From contig JARDVH010000042.1 of the NCBI GenBank assembly GCA_030324005.1, forward strand, positions 68,079,997 through 68,143,996: a DNA stretch of 64,000 nt, read 5' to 3'. Every line of letters begins with the position of its first letter. The stretch's first letter is position 1. The notes under the pieces were generated by a model. The model searched no databases. It was not told where the DNA came from and was given only the letters and a program-made list of their open reading frames with translations. The stretch is from Negaprion brevirostris (Eukaryota). The position numbers and the translations under genes were made by a program. Positions 51,589 through 64,000 of this stretch are shown one piece after another.

Positions 51589-51780
51589 CAGTGGTTTCCA
51601 ACTGCTGTGCTGTGCTGTGGGAAGCCTGCAGGAGTGCTGTGGCCTGCTGCCGAAATATTTTGGTGAGTGCAGTACTGGCAGTGGAGGGCGAGTGGGGACT
51701 GGAAGGAGACCAGCTGCCAGGCCTGTACTGGGAGCCCAGCCTCGGACACCCTGTGGACTGACTGGCAGGTACGTCAAATA
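51589..51780. mobile_element. hAT (Charlie-type) terminus
   Basis: CAGTGGTTTCCAAC preceded by CTCTAATG, similar to the NTCTARAN target; partner end not seen. Confidence 0.5.
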
Positions 51781-52215
51781 AAAGCAACTGAATGACCCAG
51801 ATTCACCTCCAACTTCCAAATGGTTAAAGCGATTGATCCGAGTGCATGGAAGTGATGCAAGTCAGAGAGTCAACCACACACAGAAATGTTTGTCTTACTG
51901 AGTGCTAGCTGGCATTTCACAGGAATCAAAGAGTGGGTGTTTGTCTGGTTGGTGATCAGTTGTCTCAGGAAATCCCTGCAGCAAAGGCATGGGGTGTCGC
52001 TCATCAAATAGTAAATTGGTCCACAGTAACACATGTCAACATCAATCTAATAATTAAACAGGATTTATGCTGCAATTTCTTTTTTTTTCTCATGTTTAAA
52101 GTCTTTATGATTTGAGATTTTGAGTTTTATGGTTCAAAATTGGTACAGCTCTTGTGGGAATTTGGGCATATATTAGCTATGCAAGATTCACATTCATTCT
52201 TAAATAATTTGAGAT

Positions 52216-52512
52216 TAAGTTTATTTATTAGCGTCACAGCTAGGCTTACTACTGCAATGAAATTCCTGTGACAGTCCCCTAGTCGCCACACTTCAGCACC
52301 TGTTTAGGTATACTAAGGGAGAAATTAGCATCCAGTGCACCCAACAGCAGGTCATTCGGACAGTGGGAGGAAACCAGAGCACCCGGAGGAAACCGATGCA
52401 GAAATGGGGAGAAAGTGCAAACTCCACACAGATAGTGAGCCAAGAAAGGAATTGAAACCGGGTCCCTAGTGCTGCGAGGCAGCAGTGCTAACCATTGTAC
52501 CACCGTGCTGCC
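52216..52512 (-). mobile_element. V-SINE with HE1-like head and a different 3' tail
   Basis: GAGGCAGCAGTGCTAACCA, TGCAAACTCCACACAGA; tail TTCATTGCAGTAGTAAGCCTAGCTGTGACGCTAATAAATAAAC. Confidence 0.85.
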
Positions 52513-52599
52513 TACATAACCAGANNNNNNNNNNCACAATCTCTTACTTCAATGAAAGAGCAAGAGAAACTGTGGAGAAACAACATAAATATAAATTTT

Positions 52600-53147
52600 T
52601 AAATATATTCTGTTTTCATATTCTCCCTATCAAAGTAAATAATCTCACACTTCTCACATGATACTCCATTTGTTACCTTCTTGCCACTCACTTAACCTGC
52701 CTCTATCCTTTTGCAAATGCTTCCACCCTCTACACAGCTTGCTTTCTCGCATTGCTTTGTATTTTCAATAAGGCTTGAATAGATTACATATGGTCTCTCC
52801 ATCTAAATCCTTAATTTAGATTGCTGAGGATCAAGTATTAATCCTTTCAGCACTTTTTGACACCTGTCAACCTGACCCGTTATTCCTATAATAAAAACAG
52901 AAAGTGCTCAGCAGGTATGGAGTGAAAAATGTAATGTTTTGTTAATGCTTTGACTCTTTGGAGCTTATATTCCTATTCTGTATTCCATTTGTTCCTGTTT
53001 TGTTTTCTGTTATTTAACCAAACTGCTACACATATTGATACATACCCCCAATTCCTTGAGCCCTTTTGTATGACCCTTTCATGTGGTACTTTATCAATTC
53101 CTTTTGAAAATCCAAACATGTTACACCCACTAGTCCCCTTTATCTAC
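52600..53147 (-). mobile_element. Decayed CR1 RT fragment
   Basis: TGTGGTACTTTATCAA..CCTTTTGAAAATCCAAA (FQKAFDKVPH-type motif). Confidence 0.75.
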
Positions 53148-53734
53148 NNNNNNNNNNNNNNNNNNNNNNNNNNNNNNNNNNNNNNNNNNNNNNNNNNNNN
53201 NNNNNNNNNNNNNNNNNNNNNNNNNNNNNNNNNNNNNNNNNNNNNNNNNNNNNNNNNNNNNNNNNNNNNNNNNNNGCTGTTTAAAGACTGAGGTGTCCAA
53301 AAACTGGGCAATTTAGAATGTGCCATGCAGCAATTTTAATTGAGTCAATTAAAAAAATGTTCCTGGACGATTTGGCTGGCAGCTGCAGTGGCACTTTGTG
53401 GTGTCTGAACAGTTATCCCCTTTGGCCCTTGTACACCAGTGTGTGCCCATGCTTAAAGCAACCCATGACCCCACCTGACCTGGCTTGACCAATCCAATCG
53501 AAAATGTGTCAGGATCTGAAATCCGCATCAAGATCGATCCCAAGGTCTTGAAGCATTATACCTGTACTTCCTCAGTTAAGGGGTTTAACCATTTTCTTAT
53601 TGACAGATGGCAGGCTAACTGCCTATAGTTCCCAGTTGGAGGGTAATGGATCAAAGCTCTCGTCCCTCCCCATGTAAGTACCCAGAGGCTTCTGGGGGAA
53701 CCAATGTTCCTGGAGAAGAACCCCAGCCATCAGT

Positions 53735-54797
53735 CACATCTACCATCAGATCACAATGTTTTTTGAACAGCCTCTAATAGACAACAACTTTCAAGAACAC
53801 TCTGACTTTAGTGAACTCCCTGACCACTGTCAAAACTGGTACTTCGAAGCAAGTACTGACAAAACCATTTCACGTGTCTACCACCTTGACGATGTAAAAA
53901 ATCACCAAGAAGTTGACCTCTACCAAAACAGCGGCCACATCAAACACTACCCTACACCCACCTATCTTGGTGTTGTTTTGGACTGCACACTGATCTTCAA
54001 GACATACCTCCAGAAAGTCTCAGCTAAACTGAAGACTTGCAATAATCATGTCAGCAAACTAGCATGGTCCTCTTGGGGACCCAACACCAGAACTTCATGA
54101 ACCTCCTCTTTGGCTCTCTACTACTCGATAGCTGAGCTCTGCACTTTTGTCTGGAAGAACTCTGCATACTGCAAACTGATAGATGTCCAGTTAAGTGACA
54201 CCATGAGGACCATCTCAGGAGCAATTCAGTCAACAAACACAAACTGGCTACCTGTTCTCTGCAACACTGCGCCACCACAAGATACATCATGAAGCTAGCA
54301 TAGCATGATTACTAGAAAGAGTGCACACAAATCCAGGCCTGCCATTAGGAGAAGACATCACCCACACACCCACCCAGCCTAATCTCAAGGTAGCCAATCT
54401 GGACCAACCTGCCTGAGCCAGGCAGTTCTGCTACAGACCTATGGAAAGACCTATGACACAACACCACAACACAGCTCAGAATCATGATCCCATGTTGGAA
54501 ATCCCTGGTTTCAGCTTCCTGCTTGGTGAATGGGTAAAACTGAGCAATTTTCATGCTGGAGTCAGACNNNNNNNNNNTGCTGCAGCAACCTCTTCTGCTG
54601 GGGACACTATGACTCACTGTTGCGCAACTGTGGTGAAGTACAAACCACAGTGCATATAATCGACAAGTACACCAACCTGTGCTTCAGTGGCGATCTCATT
54701 GCCCTACACCAGGCTGATGAGAAGGCTACCAGCTGGCTAAAGAATTTTAAATTTGACATCTAGCTGTTCACCAGAGCATACAACAGTAATAGTAGTA
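53735..54797 (+). mobile_element. Vingi/Ingi-like LINE 3' fragment
   Basis: PTYLGVVLDCTL.FK..L.KV.AKLKT.NN..SKLAWSSWG, LALYYS.AE....VW, DVQL.DTMR.ISG.I.ST...WLPVL.N.APP, CGE.QT..HI; stop at 54761-54763. Confidence 0.85.
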
Positions 54798-54859
54798 CCC
54801 TGTTTTCTCATTCTCTCTATCCTTGAGCAAGGGTATTTTGTTTGCTACCTTCCTATCCG

Positions 54860-55340
54860 CTCAGAACATTATAGAATCTAGGGAATTTTGGAAGATCACA
54901 ATCAATGCATTTATTTTCTCTGCAGCCACATTTTTTGGGATTCTAGGACATAGGCCATTCGATCCAGGGACTTATCAGCTTTTAGTCCCCATTGTTTCTC
55001 CAGTACTTTTTTCATTTCTGATGTTAATTGCTGTAAATTCCTCACTCTCATTCGGCCTTTGGACCTTATTATTTCTAGTATGATAATTGTGTCTTCAACC
55101 ATAATGACATACAAAATATTTGTATATTGTCCATTTTTTTGTTCTCTATAGTAATTTCTCCTGAGTCAGCCTTTAAAGAACTTATACTTAGTTTTGATAC
55201 TTTTTACCCACTATAAATCCTTCCAATTTGTTTTCATACACTTTACTCTCACGTTATTTTTCCCTTCTCTATCAAATTTAGGTCAACTTTTTCTGGTTTC
55301 CAAAACTCCCCGAATCCTCAGATTTATTAACCTTCTTGCC
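54860..55340 (-). mobile_element. Decayed CR1 ORF2 fragment
   Basis: KKVLEKQWGLKADKSL (L.GLKADKSPGPD motif). Confidence 0.8.
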
Positions 55341-55759
55341 AACATTTATTCACTTATTTAATCTATTAATATTAATGACACTTACCTGAATTTCCCTGGG
55401 AATTTTCCTGCTTCCCAGGTAGATGCCTATGAAGGGATAATTCATGTCATTCTGCCATCACGCTGCTGTGGATGGAAGATACTGGTGTCTGGGCCTGATG
55501 ATTATTTGTTAGTTTATTATAATGATGAACGTCATTGATCATCGGTAAATGCTGGTGAGGGGGAGGGCACAATCAAGTANNNNNNNNNNAAGTAATGCTT
55601 TTATGCTGACGTAAAATGTGACATTTCGCTCATCACAATACTTGCCCCTCCTGTCACCAAATCTTCCTGATGTAAACAGGCAGGGAGAGTTCTTGTACTT
55701 GACTAGTGGGCCTAGATCTTTCAAGGTATGTCAACCATCATCAGGTATTATTAAGGAAG

Positions 55760-56710
55760 TCTTAATAATGAACTATAAAAGCATTGTATGATTAGAACAA
55801 ATCAATGAAAGAGAAACCCTATTTGACAATTTCTTCTGAGGTTTTTTGAGGATGTAACTAATAGGGCAGATAAAGGGGAACCAGTAGATGTAGTTTACCT
55901 AGCTTTCCAAAAGACATTCAATAAGGTGCCACACAAAAGGTTAATAGACAAAAGAAGGGCTAATGGAATTGTGGGGAATATTTTAGCATGGGTGGAGGAT
56001 TGATTAACAGATAGAAAGCAGAGAATGGGTAAAAACTGAGATTTTGAAGTTGGGAGGCAGTGATCAATGGATTGCTGCATAAATTAATGACAACTTTTAC
56101 TATCTGTATTAATTAATTAAAGAGATAGAGAGTCAAATATCAAAGTTTGTTCATGATACCAGGCTAGGTGGAGTACTATGGGCACTTTTTCTCTCCACAT
56201 TTAAGAAAAGATGTAATTGCATTGGAGGTGTGGTACAGCAAATGTTCACTAAACTGATCTCTGGGCCGAAAGGGTTGTTTTATGGCGAGAGACTGAGTAT
56301 ATTGAGCTTATATACTCTGGAGCTTATGAGAATGAGAAGCAATCTCATTGAAACCTACAAATTTGCAAAGAGTTTTGAGAGGGTAGATGCTGTGGGATTT
56401 TTTCTGCTGGTTGAATAGTCAAAAACATTGAGTCATAATCTCAGGTTGAGGGGCTGATCACTTAGGACTAAGATGAGGAGAAATGTCTTCACTAAAAAGA
56501 GTTGTGGATGTTTGGAATTCTCTATACAGAGGGCAGGAATGCTTCATCATTGAATACATTTAATGTTAGGATAGGCAGATTTTTGAGAAAGTAAGGAATA
56601 TATGGAGATTGTGGGTAAATGGAGTTGAAACCCAAGATTAACCATGACCATATTAAATGGCAGAGTAGGCTCGACAGGCCATGTGGTCTACTGTTCCTGT
56701 CTCTTGTGTC
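55760..56710 (+). mobile_element. CR1 3' fragment with internal deletions
   Basis: [25 protein letters not shown]; GLFYGERLSILSLYTLE. Confidence 0.92.
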
Positions 56711-57717
56711 CTAGTCCACCATAACCCTTATTTTAAACTGGGGTTAATGCTGTTAACGTATAGCGTTGTGCAGTTTTTTGCCTCTATATAATTTATAGCC
56801 ATTGCAATGTGACCTGATACGGATAAGTTGCCCCAAGCATTCAAGACTTGATACAATCGAAAGGAAGTAATTCACAGAACTCATAGTTGCTAGTTCTGAG
56901 CAAGGGTTCAATACCCAAAGCATCAACTTGTGCTCGCTTACCTGTTGGATGACCTCTGTGCTTACTGTTTTTGTTTTTAATATGTAGCTGCTTACAAATT
57001 AATGACCCTGTCAGTACTGTCATTTTTTTGTTTCCTGTGGTTTTAAAGTGAGTCCATGGTGAAGTTTCTGTTCATGGCAATGATATGTAACAAGGAAAAT
57101 ATTGTTATAACTCCTATTACTTTCTCTGAAGCATATTATTCAGGGCCCTTGAATAGTTCAAACATTTGCGGAACCTGTACCCCTGTGTCTGTTCCGTCTG
57201 GGGTTGTGCAAATATGTCATCAATGAAGACTGCACAATATATTCTGTAACCACAAAGGAGCTTTTTCTTCATTTGGAAAATAAATATTTCATATCTGATA
57301 TCTTCAGATTGTAGGCATCATGCAAGAAAATGGGCATCAACATACATTCCTTCCTGCTGGGGGTAATATACTATTTGCACGTTGATGGAATAATAGTCCT
57401 ACCTATTGAAATATGCTATTGAACTGTCAATCAACACTTGGATGGCTACCTCTAAATCTGTGGGAAGTAGCTAGCATTTATAACAAAAGAATCTTTTTCC
57501 TTCACTTCAGCTGCTGGTGATTTCTGTTGATGTATGTGGGGGGTGCACAGCAAAACAGAGTGTCTGTTAACTATTGAAATCTGTCATGCCTGACTCTTGT
57601 AACATCATTTTTGTGCTTCTGGTACTCATTCTGGTGTTAATGAAGAAGGATGCAATGATTTTCGGTATTGTTCATAGTGCATTTCAAGTGATTGACTAAC
57701 TGTGTTTGTAGGTCTTT

Positions 57718-57735
57718 TTGAACTAGATGGCGCAC
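57718..57735 (+). promoter_or_regulatory. CTCF-like motif
   Basis: GAACTAGATGGCGCAC; the 5' CC of the core is missing. Confidence 0.3.
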
Positions 57736-60103
57736 TTCAGTCACAACCACCTTGCTCAGCCTAAGAGTATCATGCACTCGTGCTCCACAATGGCCAGGTA
57801 AATGACTCTTGCTCTGGATCTGCTACTAAGGATCATGCTCAGTGGAGTTGTATGCCTCCCATGTCTTCTACATTTCCAAATCATCTTACCATCCAGCTTT
57901 TGCTATTGAGAAGTATCTGAAAATTGCTGTTAAGTTATTGGATGTGGCTGAAAATTCCTTTATACGATTTTCTTTGATAATGCTCGTTCATAGACACAGC
58001 ATTTTCCCTTGCTTCATATAGGTAACCAACCTTAGTTCAATTATTGTTTATATCTCTCCCAGTGTGATTTTCTCCAAATAGGGTATTTTTCAACCCATTT
58101 CAGACTGCAAATCAGATGTAGTAACACTGATAATGAATGAAAGTGTTACCATTTTCTGCTAGTGTTAATCATCCGTATCCACACATCTACTTTTTCAATC
58201 AAATTACAATCAGAGAAATGTATATGTTGGGGAAGACTATTTGCCATTTATAGTAAAATTGTAAATGGTTACATAAAAAAGAAACATGTTTCTGATTTTA
58301 TTGTAAATAATAAGCAGAGGCAATTTTCTCACTTGATTGTTAAAGAAGAAAAATCCCAGAAAAGAAAACATCAGCATATTCAGCTTCACCAGAAAGATGA
58401 ATTTCTAAAGACTTTAAAGAGCTTTAATTTCTCACCCATCATGTTAAATTATCCTGTTTACCCCGAACATCATGTTCAGGTGCCATTATAGCATTAAATT
58501 GCCATATTGTTCGAAAAAGGAAAATTATTTTGAGTTAATGCCCTTCTATGGCACTAAGCCTTCATTTTATACTTCTGGAAAACAGGAGGACAAAAGCTTG
58601 ATAAGTGGTTTTGATAGCAATAGCCACCATTCTGTTCAGAGAACATGCATTGAAAGTGCTTCTGCTATTAACTGGTGGCCAACAATAAATGCAAAAGGAA
58701 GTTTAATTGTCTGAATCCAGCTGCACCTTGTAATTTTGTCCGCTCTGATTTAAAAATGTATTTAAAGTGCACTTTAATGGGCACAGTTCCTTTGAAGGTG
58801 AGGCATACATTTAGAAATGCAGGTTTTAACATTTTTGAAAACAGAATTGTGTTGAGGAAGTATTATGCAGAGCAACAATTTTGTGTATTCTTATAATGCA
58901 TCAAGAAATGTGGAGAGCTTTCAGATGCAATTATGTCTGAGATTGAAAAAAGGTTTTGTGGAGCGAGAGCTTTCATTTTGTTACTGTTTTGTATGTTCTA
59001 CACATCCTTTTTTTAAGTGTTAGCTTTTAGACTTTTTAATATCCTCTAGGGAGCAATTATTGTGTGTTATCTATCAGATTGTGAACAGAGCTAAGACTGG
59101 ATTGCAATCTTAAATTGATAATATACTGCAAAATATGCACCAAAAGGGGAATGCACACAAGAGTAGCAAAGAAATCCACTCAATTACTCAAAGGTAAGTT
59201 AATGCCCTCATTTCAATCAGGCGTTTGAGTTTTCTGTATTGATAGGATGCATCAGAGATTGGTTGATACCCTTCACAATTCATCAAAAGTAAACCATAAA
59301 TTGAAAAAGTGGCTGGAACCATTATGATTGTCAATTTAGGTCCCTTGAAAGGGCAAATGTTTTACAAGAACATGAGAAAATTGATTTATAATGTAACATT
59401 TACTTGTCTAATCTAAAAATGATTAACTTGTCATTAATGTGCCTAAAGATTGCATAAAGCTAAAGATGTGCAGGTTATGAATTGCCTTCGTGTAAATTTA
59501 TCAACAATGGGCTTAGAGAAATGTATCATAAATAAGAATTTCATTGCAGGAATATAAAGCACAGGATCTGTGAGAGACAATGTATTTGACGCTATATCTT
59601 ACAAGAGAAAACTTATGAGATTTAAATATGTTCTTACCTATCTAAGATAAACCTTTAAAAGAAATTAATTAAAATCTGTTAATATTTTTCAAAAAAAATC
59701 AGTAACTATTAAACAATCACTTATTAAATAATTGTAAAACTTCATTATGTCTATATTGCTGCCAAAATCTCTGTTTAAATGATCAGTAGCTAGGCTCAGT
59801 TACATTGAGGTCGGATCCACTAGTTACTCTCGCCATTGATGGAGAATGCAGGTTCACAAGTAAGTGCACAATTTAAATATACATATGACTAGAACTGCAT
59901 CTCGATGGATCACCTGCCTGAAAAAGTCATAAAATGTGGCTTTGCTGATCTATCTCAGAGTGAAGGCTAGAGACAAGTACAATAGGCTGATTGATTGGGT
60001 AACNNNNNNNNNNNNNNNNNNNNNNNNNNNNNNNNNNNNNNNNNNNNNNNNNNNNNNNNNNNNNNNNNNNNNNNNNNNNNNNNNNNNNNNNNNNNNNNNN
60101 NNN

Positions 60104-60178
60104 ATGGGACGGCGGCGTGGGCTCGTTGGGCCGAAGGGCCTGTTTCCCGTGCTGTGTTGTTCTTTCTTTCTTTCTTTC
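60104..60178 (+). mobile_element. Young CR1 (HER1-like) 3' end beside a gap
   Basis: CpG-intact GTTGGGCCGAAGGGCCTGTTTCCCGTGCTGTG with (TTCT)n tail. Confidence 0.85.
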
Positions 60179-61429
60179 AATAGTGCCATCCTCCTCCTCA
60201 AAAGAACACAAACATATCTTCAGTCCTTTGTACAGCCTCAGTTGTATCAATTTTTAAGAAGCTACTAGTCTCTTTGGGTTCAGGACATGGTTTTCAAGCT
60301 GGATCTCGATGGTGAGCCAAAGGGGAGCCATAGAAGAGGTCAGTCCATATTTTTCTTTTTAGAGGTAATAGCCTCTGAAGAGGAACCAGGAATCAGACGC
60401 TGGGGAAATGGGGATCCCCACCTTGTCCAGTCAATGATGTTATTGTGGCCAATGGCAGCTGACTCTAAAGGTGACAGTAATCTCTGTAAAAATCAATACT
60501 TGGGACAGCTGAATTATGGAATAGTTTGAAATTCATTTTGCTGAATTACTAAGGATTTTCAGTCTCTTAATGTCTCTGTGTAAAAAAAACTAAATTCAAA
60601 AATTGTACTTCCAATGGGGTGCAGAAGCAGGACAGGAGGAGGGTGAGCCCCCATCTTCTCACAACTGGTCAACCATCTGCCACCATAGTCTCAGCTCTGG
60701 GCAGTTTTCACTGATCCTTGATTAGTTAAGTGATGGCTATTTGTCTGCCAATAGTGAGTAGCCAATCAGACCAAATAATTTGTCTAGTGAGGATGCTTTT
60801 GTGGAATCTTTCAGGTGGCAGGTGTGTCTTCCACTGAAGCTGAAGCCCAGCTAATAAACTGAGATGGCTTTCAAATGCCAGATTAGTGGCTGTCAAAATG
60901 TCATTGAATTTAACTACCCTCAACATGCGCAAACACACACCCATACACAGCCTCGATTGCCAGAAGGCCAAAACTGCAACTACAGGTCTTCCTGTGGAAT
61001 GCTTTTCCTTGCACAATGACAGTGTATGGCTACTTTTTACTTTTATTCCTTGAATACCCTTCATTTGGAAGGAGCCTCCATCCTGAGGCAGCCTCTTGTT
61101 TTCCTACCTACATCAACAGCGTCCTCCTCTGAGAGTAGGATTGCTGATCTTGCAGTCTGAAAAGCCTCCAATGTTACTCCAGATTCAGGAGCCCAGCCTC
61201 CATCCTTAACTGGCTACCTTCTCTAAAATCGTCCTCCAGCTGTCTGCACCGACATTTGTGGGTTCCCAACCTGCATTTCCATCCAACAGTAAGATCTGGA
61301 CCTGGCAACAAAAATTCAGCCTGATTTCCCATTCCCTCAGATATCTCAGTACCGGAACATAGATGGTGTTCCCCAATTTATTACTCTTTTTATATTAAAA
61401 CATTTAAAAGGTGACAATAACAATAGTAA

Positions 61430-61735
61430 AGGGTAAGGGGAGCATAGATACAGGCCCGGGCCATTTTGACTCTCAAACCATTTAATGATAACATGGCTGA
61501 TCTGTGACCTAAATCTAAGTATCTATCTTTGTCCCAAGTGTTTTAATACCTTTGGTTAACAAAAACCTATCTCAGTTTTAAAGTTAACAGTTAGTTTCAC
61601 ATCACTCACTATTTAAGACCATAAGACCATTTGTGAAGAACATTCCAAATTTCCACCATTTATTCTGTGTAGAAGTCTTTCCCAATTCTACTCCCGGAAG
61701 GTCTGACTCCAATTTTTGATTGCACCCCCTAGACA
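61430..61735 (-). mobile_element. Old CR1 3' end
   Basis: CCATTTAATGATAACATGGCTGATCTGTGACC; CATTCCAAATTTCCACCA. Confidence 0.75.
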
Positions 61736-63169
61736 TAAATTAGATTAAATTCAAGGAGATTAGAGCCATCAATAGGGAACCAGAACAATACAAGCACAAT
61801 GGGAAAGCATTGCTCCAAAAATGTGTAGACCATTCACATTATCTTTGTTTGGAAAATATATGCTGGAATTCTCCAATCTTGCATACCCCACTACCGCTAC
61901 CAATGAGAACAGAGAATTTGGCACTCAGCCACATCACCATTCACAGCAGCAGGACTGGAGAATCCCAGGCACAGGCGATGTTAGAGAATTACGACCATAG
62001 GCCAGATTTTCAAATTGCAACTGGCATAAAACCAGCACTAAATTTATGGAAATTGTAAATGCAGTTTCCATAGCAGGTGATCAATGCACAATGCCATTTC
62101 TAGCCCCAGGAAGTAAGTTACCCCATCACAAATTTGTGAGACTGAAAACCAAGCACGTGATTGATTAAAAGACAATCTGCAGTAAATTCTAATGACAACA
62201 AATGGAATATGCAGATATCTCCCTCGGTTTGCTGCTCACAATTCTTCTACTTCTAATAGAAGCCCTGCCAATTAAGATGATGAATTCTAAGAGTGTTTGT
62301 TTATCTTTTTCTGCCAATACAAAAGTTGTCACAGTGATACTGTCAAATAACGCTAAAGATTTTCTTCNNNNNNNNNNNNNNNNNNNNNNNNNNNNNNNNN
62401 NNNNNNNNNNNNNNNNNNNNNNNNNNNNNNNNNNNNNNNNNNNNNNNNNNNNNNNNNNNNNNNNNNNATACTGTCAAATAACGCTTCAGATTTTCTTCTT
62501 TTATAATTGCAGTAATAGTAACTTTAGTGCGTGGGATCACATTTCTGAAAGAATCCTTCTTCAATATGTTGTTAGCAAGACATGACAAATGACAACTGTA
62601 TAGCCGTTAGCAACTGTGCACTGTAATTATTTTAACCCACTCAACAGTCATCTTCTAAAAGGTTTGCAACATGCTAACATTGTAACACAACTGTATAATT
62701 TATTTATTTTGAATTTTCTTTTCTTCGCTTATGAGACATTCAAATTCCTCCAGTTGATACATTTAAAATAAAAATGGATCGAAAGATTGTGTGAGTAGGT
62801 TTATGAGGGGAAATATTTGCCTATTTCTGATATCATTACCAATATGCAATGCTAAATAATTTTAAGTGTTTTGAGGGAAAGTACCTATCTAGCAATCTCA
62901 CAAAACACAATCTCAGTAGAGTAAGACAGGACATCAGAAGTTGTGCAATCATTTGAAGAGACCACATCAACAATTAGTGTCTGTCTGCCTGACAGCAAAG
63001 CCTAAATGCAAGGTGAACTTATTGGGTATAAGATTCCAACATTTCATGTGCAATCCTCCCAAAATTAGAGTGTGGGATGAGACACGAAAAACTGTGAAAC
63101 TCATTGGCTTCACAGCTGCCCTTCTTGCCTGATTTGACAGCACTTTCTACAATTTCAGCATGCTGGAGA

Positions 63170-63720
63170 GGATCATACAGCCAGCTGGAGGACAGGGCCT
63201 AAACATGCCAATAACACCAGGAATCTGAGATCAAGGCACCATTTTTAAAAGGCGCCCCGACCTCAAAGTTACATTTCAGTCCCCTCCCATGGACATTGGG
63301 ACTTCACTGGCAGATAAGGGGAACACCCCTCAACCCTCACATGCATAAGGGGCCCCCCCACCACCCCAAATGCCTCCATCTGACAAAGGGAATTGCCCCC
63401 TCCCCACAAGCAGAAGGGGAACTTACCCCCTCTAACAATGGAGGTAATCCCCCTGGCATTGCACCCTACTGGTGCCCCTTACCAGTTCCCCCTGGTTTGG
63501 ATCACTGGTACTGCCAGGGGAAATGCTTAGCCATGTTCCTCAACACCCAGGGACACCTCTGTACCCCTAGCATGACCATCATGTCTGGTTTTCACGTTTA
63601 AAAATCAGCAGCTTTTCAGGCCAACGTGACGTCATGCCACTGGGGGGAGGGGGTGGATCCCAAATACTTACATTGTTTTATTATTGACGTCCTCAGCAGC
63701 CTAAATGCTATCTTAGTATA
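63170..63720. mobile_element. GC-rich MITE-like fragment
   Basis: CCATTTTTAAAAGGCGCCCCGACCTC motif shared with 28575-28600 and, reversed, 38170-38195. Confidence 0.5.
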
Positions 63721-64000
63721 ATCAATGAACGCCCATATCCTCTCACGTCTTGACCTCCGTTAATAGAAGCTATTGCATAAGTTAAGAATTGAGATAAATC
63801 AAGATTAAAAAAGTTAAATTGGGATAAAGTAAAAAAGAATGGGATAAAAAAGAAATGAGAAGTACAGCTATCTGAAGGTGTNNNNNNNNNNNNNNNNNNN
63901 NNNNNNNNNNNNNNNNNNNNNNNNNNNNNNNNNNNNNNNNNNNNNNNNNNNNNNNNNNNNNNNNNNNNNNNNNNNNNNNNNCTTACCTATAACCCTCAAT

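Noticed and set aside
62337-62498. ATACTGTCAAATAACGCT..AGATTTTCTTC duplicated across a gap
   Set aside because: Copies differ by 2 nt and flank a 100-N gap; probably two alleles left unmerged
1-64000. ORF track entries as real genes
   Set aside because: All are short; those with recognisable sequence are transposon fragments, and several run through N-gaps

Overview
Vertebrate nuclear DNA, almost certainly an elasmobranch (shark or ray), judged from HE1-type V-SINEs, Deu-domain SINEs and abundant CR1 LINEs. It comes from a gapped short-read assembly and looks like a long intron or gene desert. No intact protein-coding gene, RNA gene or CRISPR array is visible, and nearly all listed ORFs are transposon debris or chance. 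Recognisable content: many CR1 fragments (one very young subfamily), L2, Rex1/Babar and Vingi-like LINE fragments, Penelope termini with fossil hammerhead cores, a decayed Gypsy element with a tRNA-Leu primer site, a Gypsy integrase fragment, three solo LTRs, PIF/Harbinger remnants (transposase tail and spliced Myb/SANT gene) and many GC-rich MITE-like elements. Unique segments contain a few candidate small exons, CNE-like blocks and two CTCF-like motifs. I found no convincing undescribed biological system. Best leads: an inverted Penelope hairpin whose 44-bp spacer recurs about 950 bp away, a 51-nt candidate cassette exon, a candidate microexon, and the Vingi-like LINE. Family names come from recalled motifs, not database searches, and repeat boundaries are approximate.
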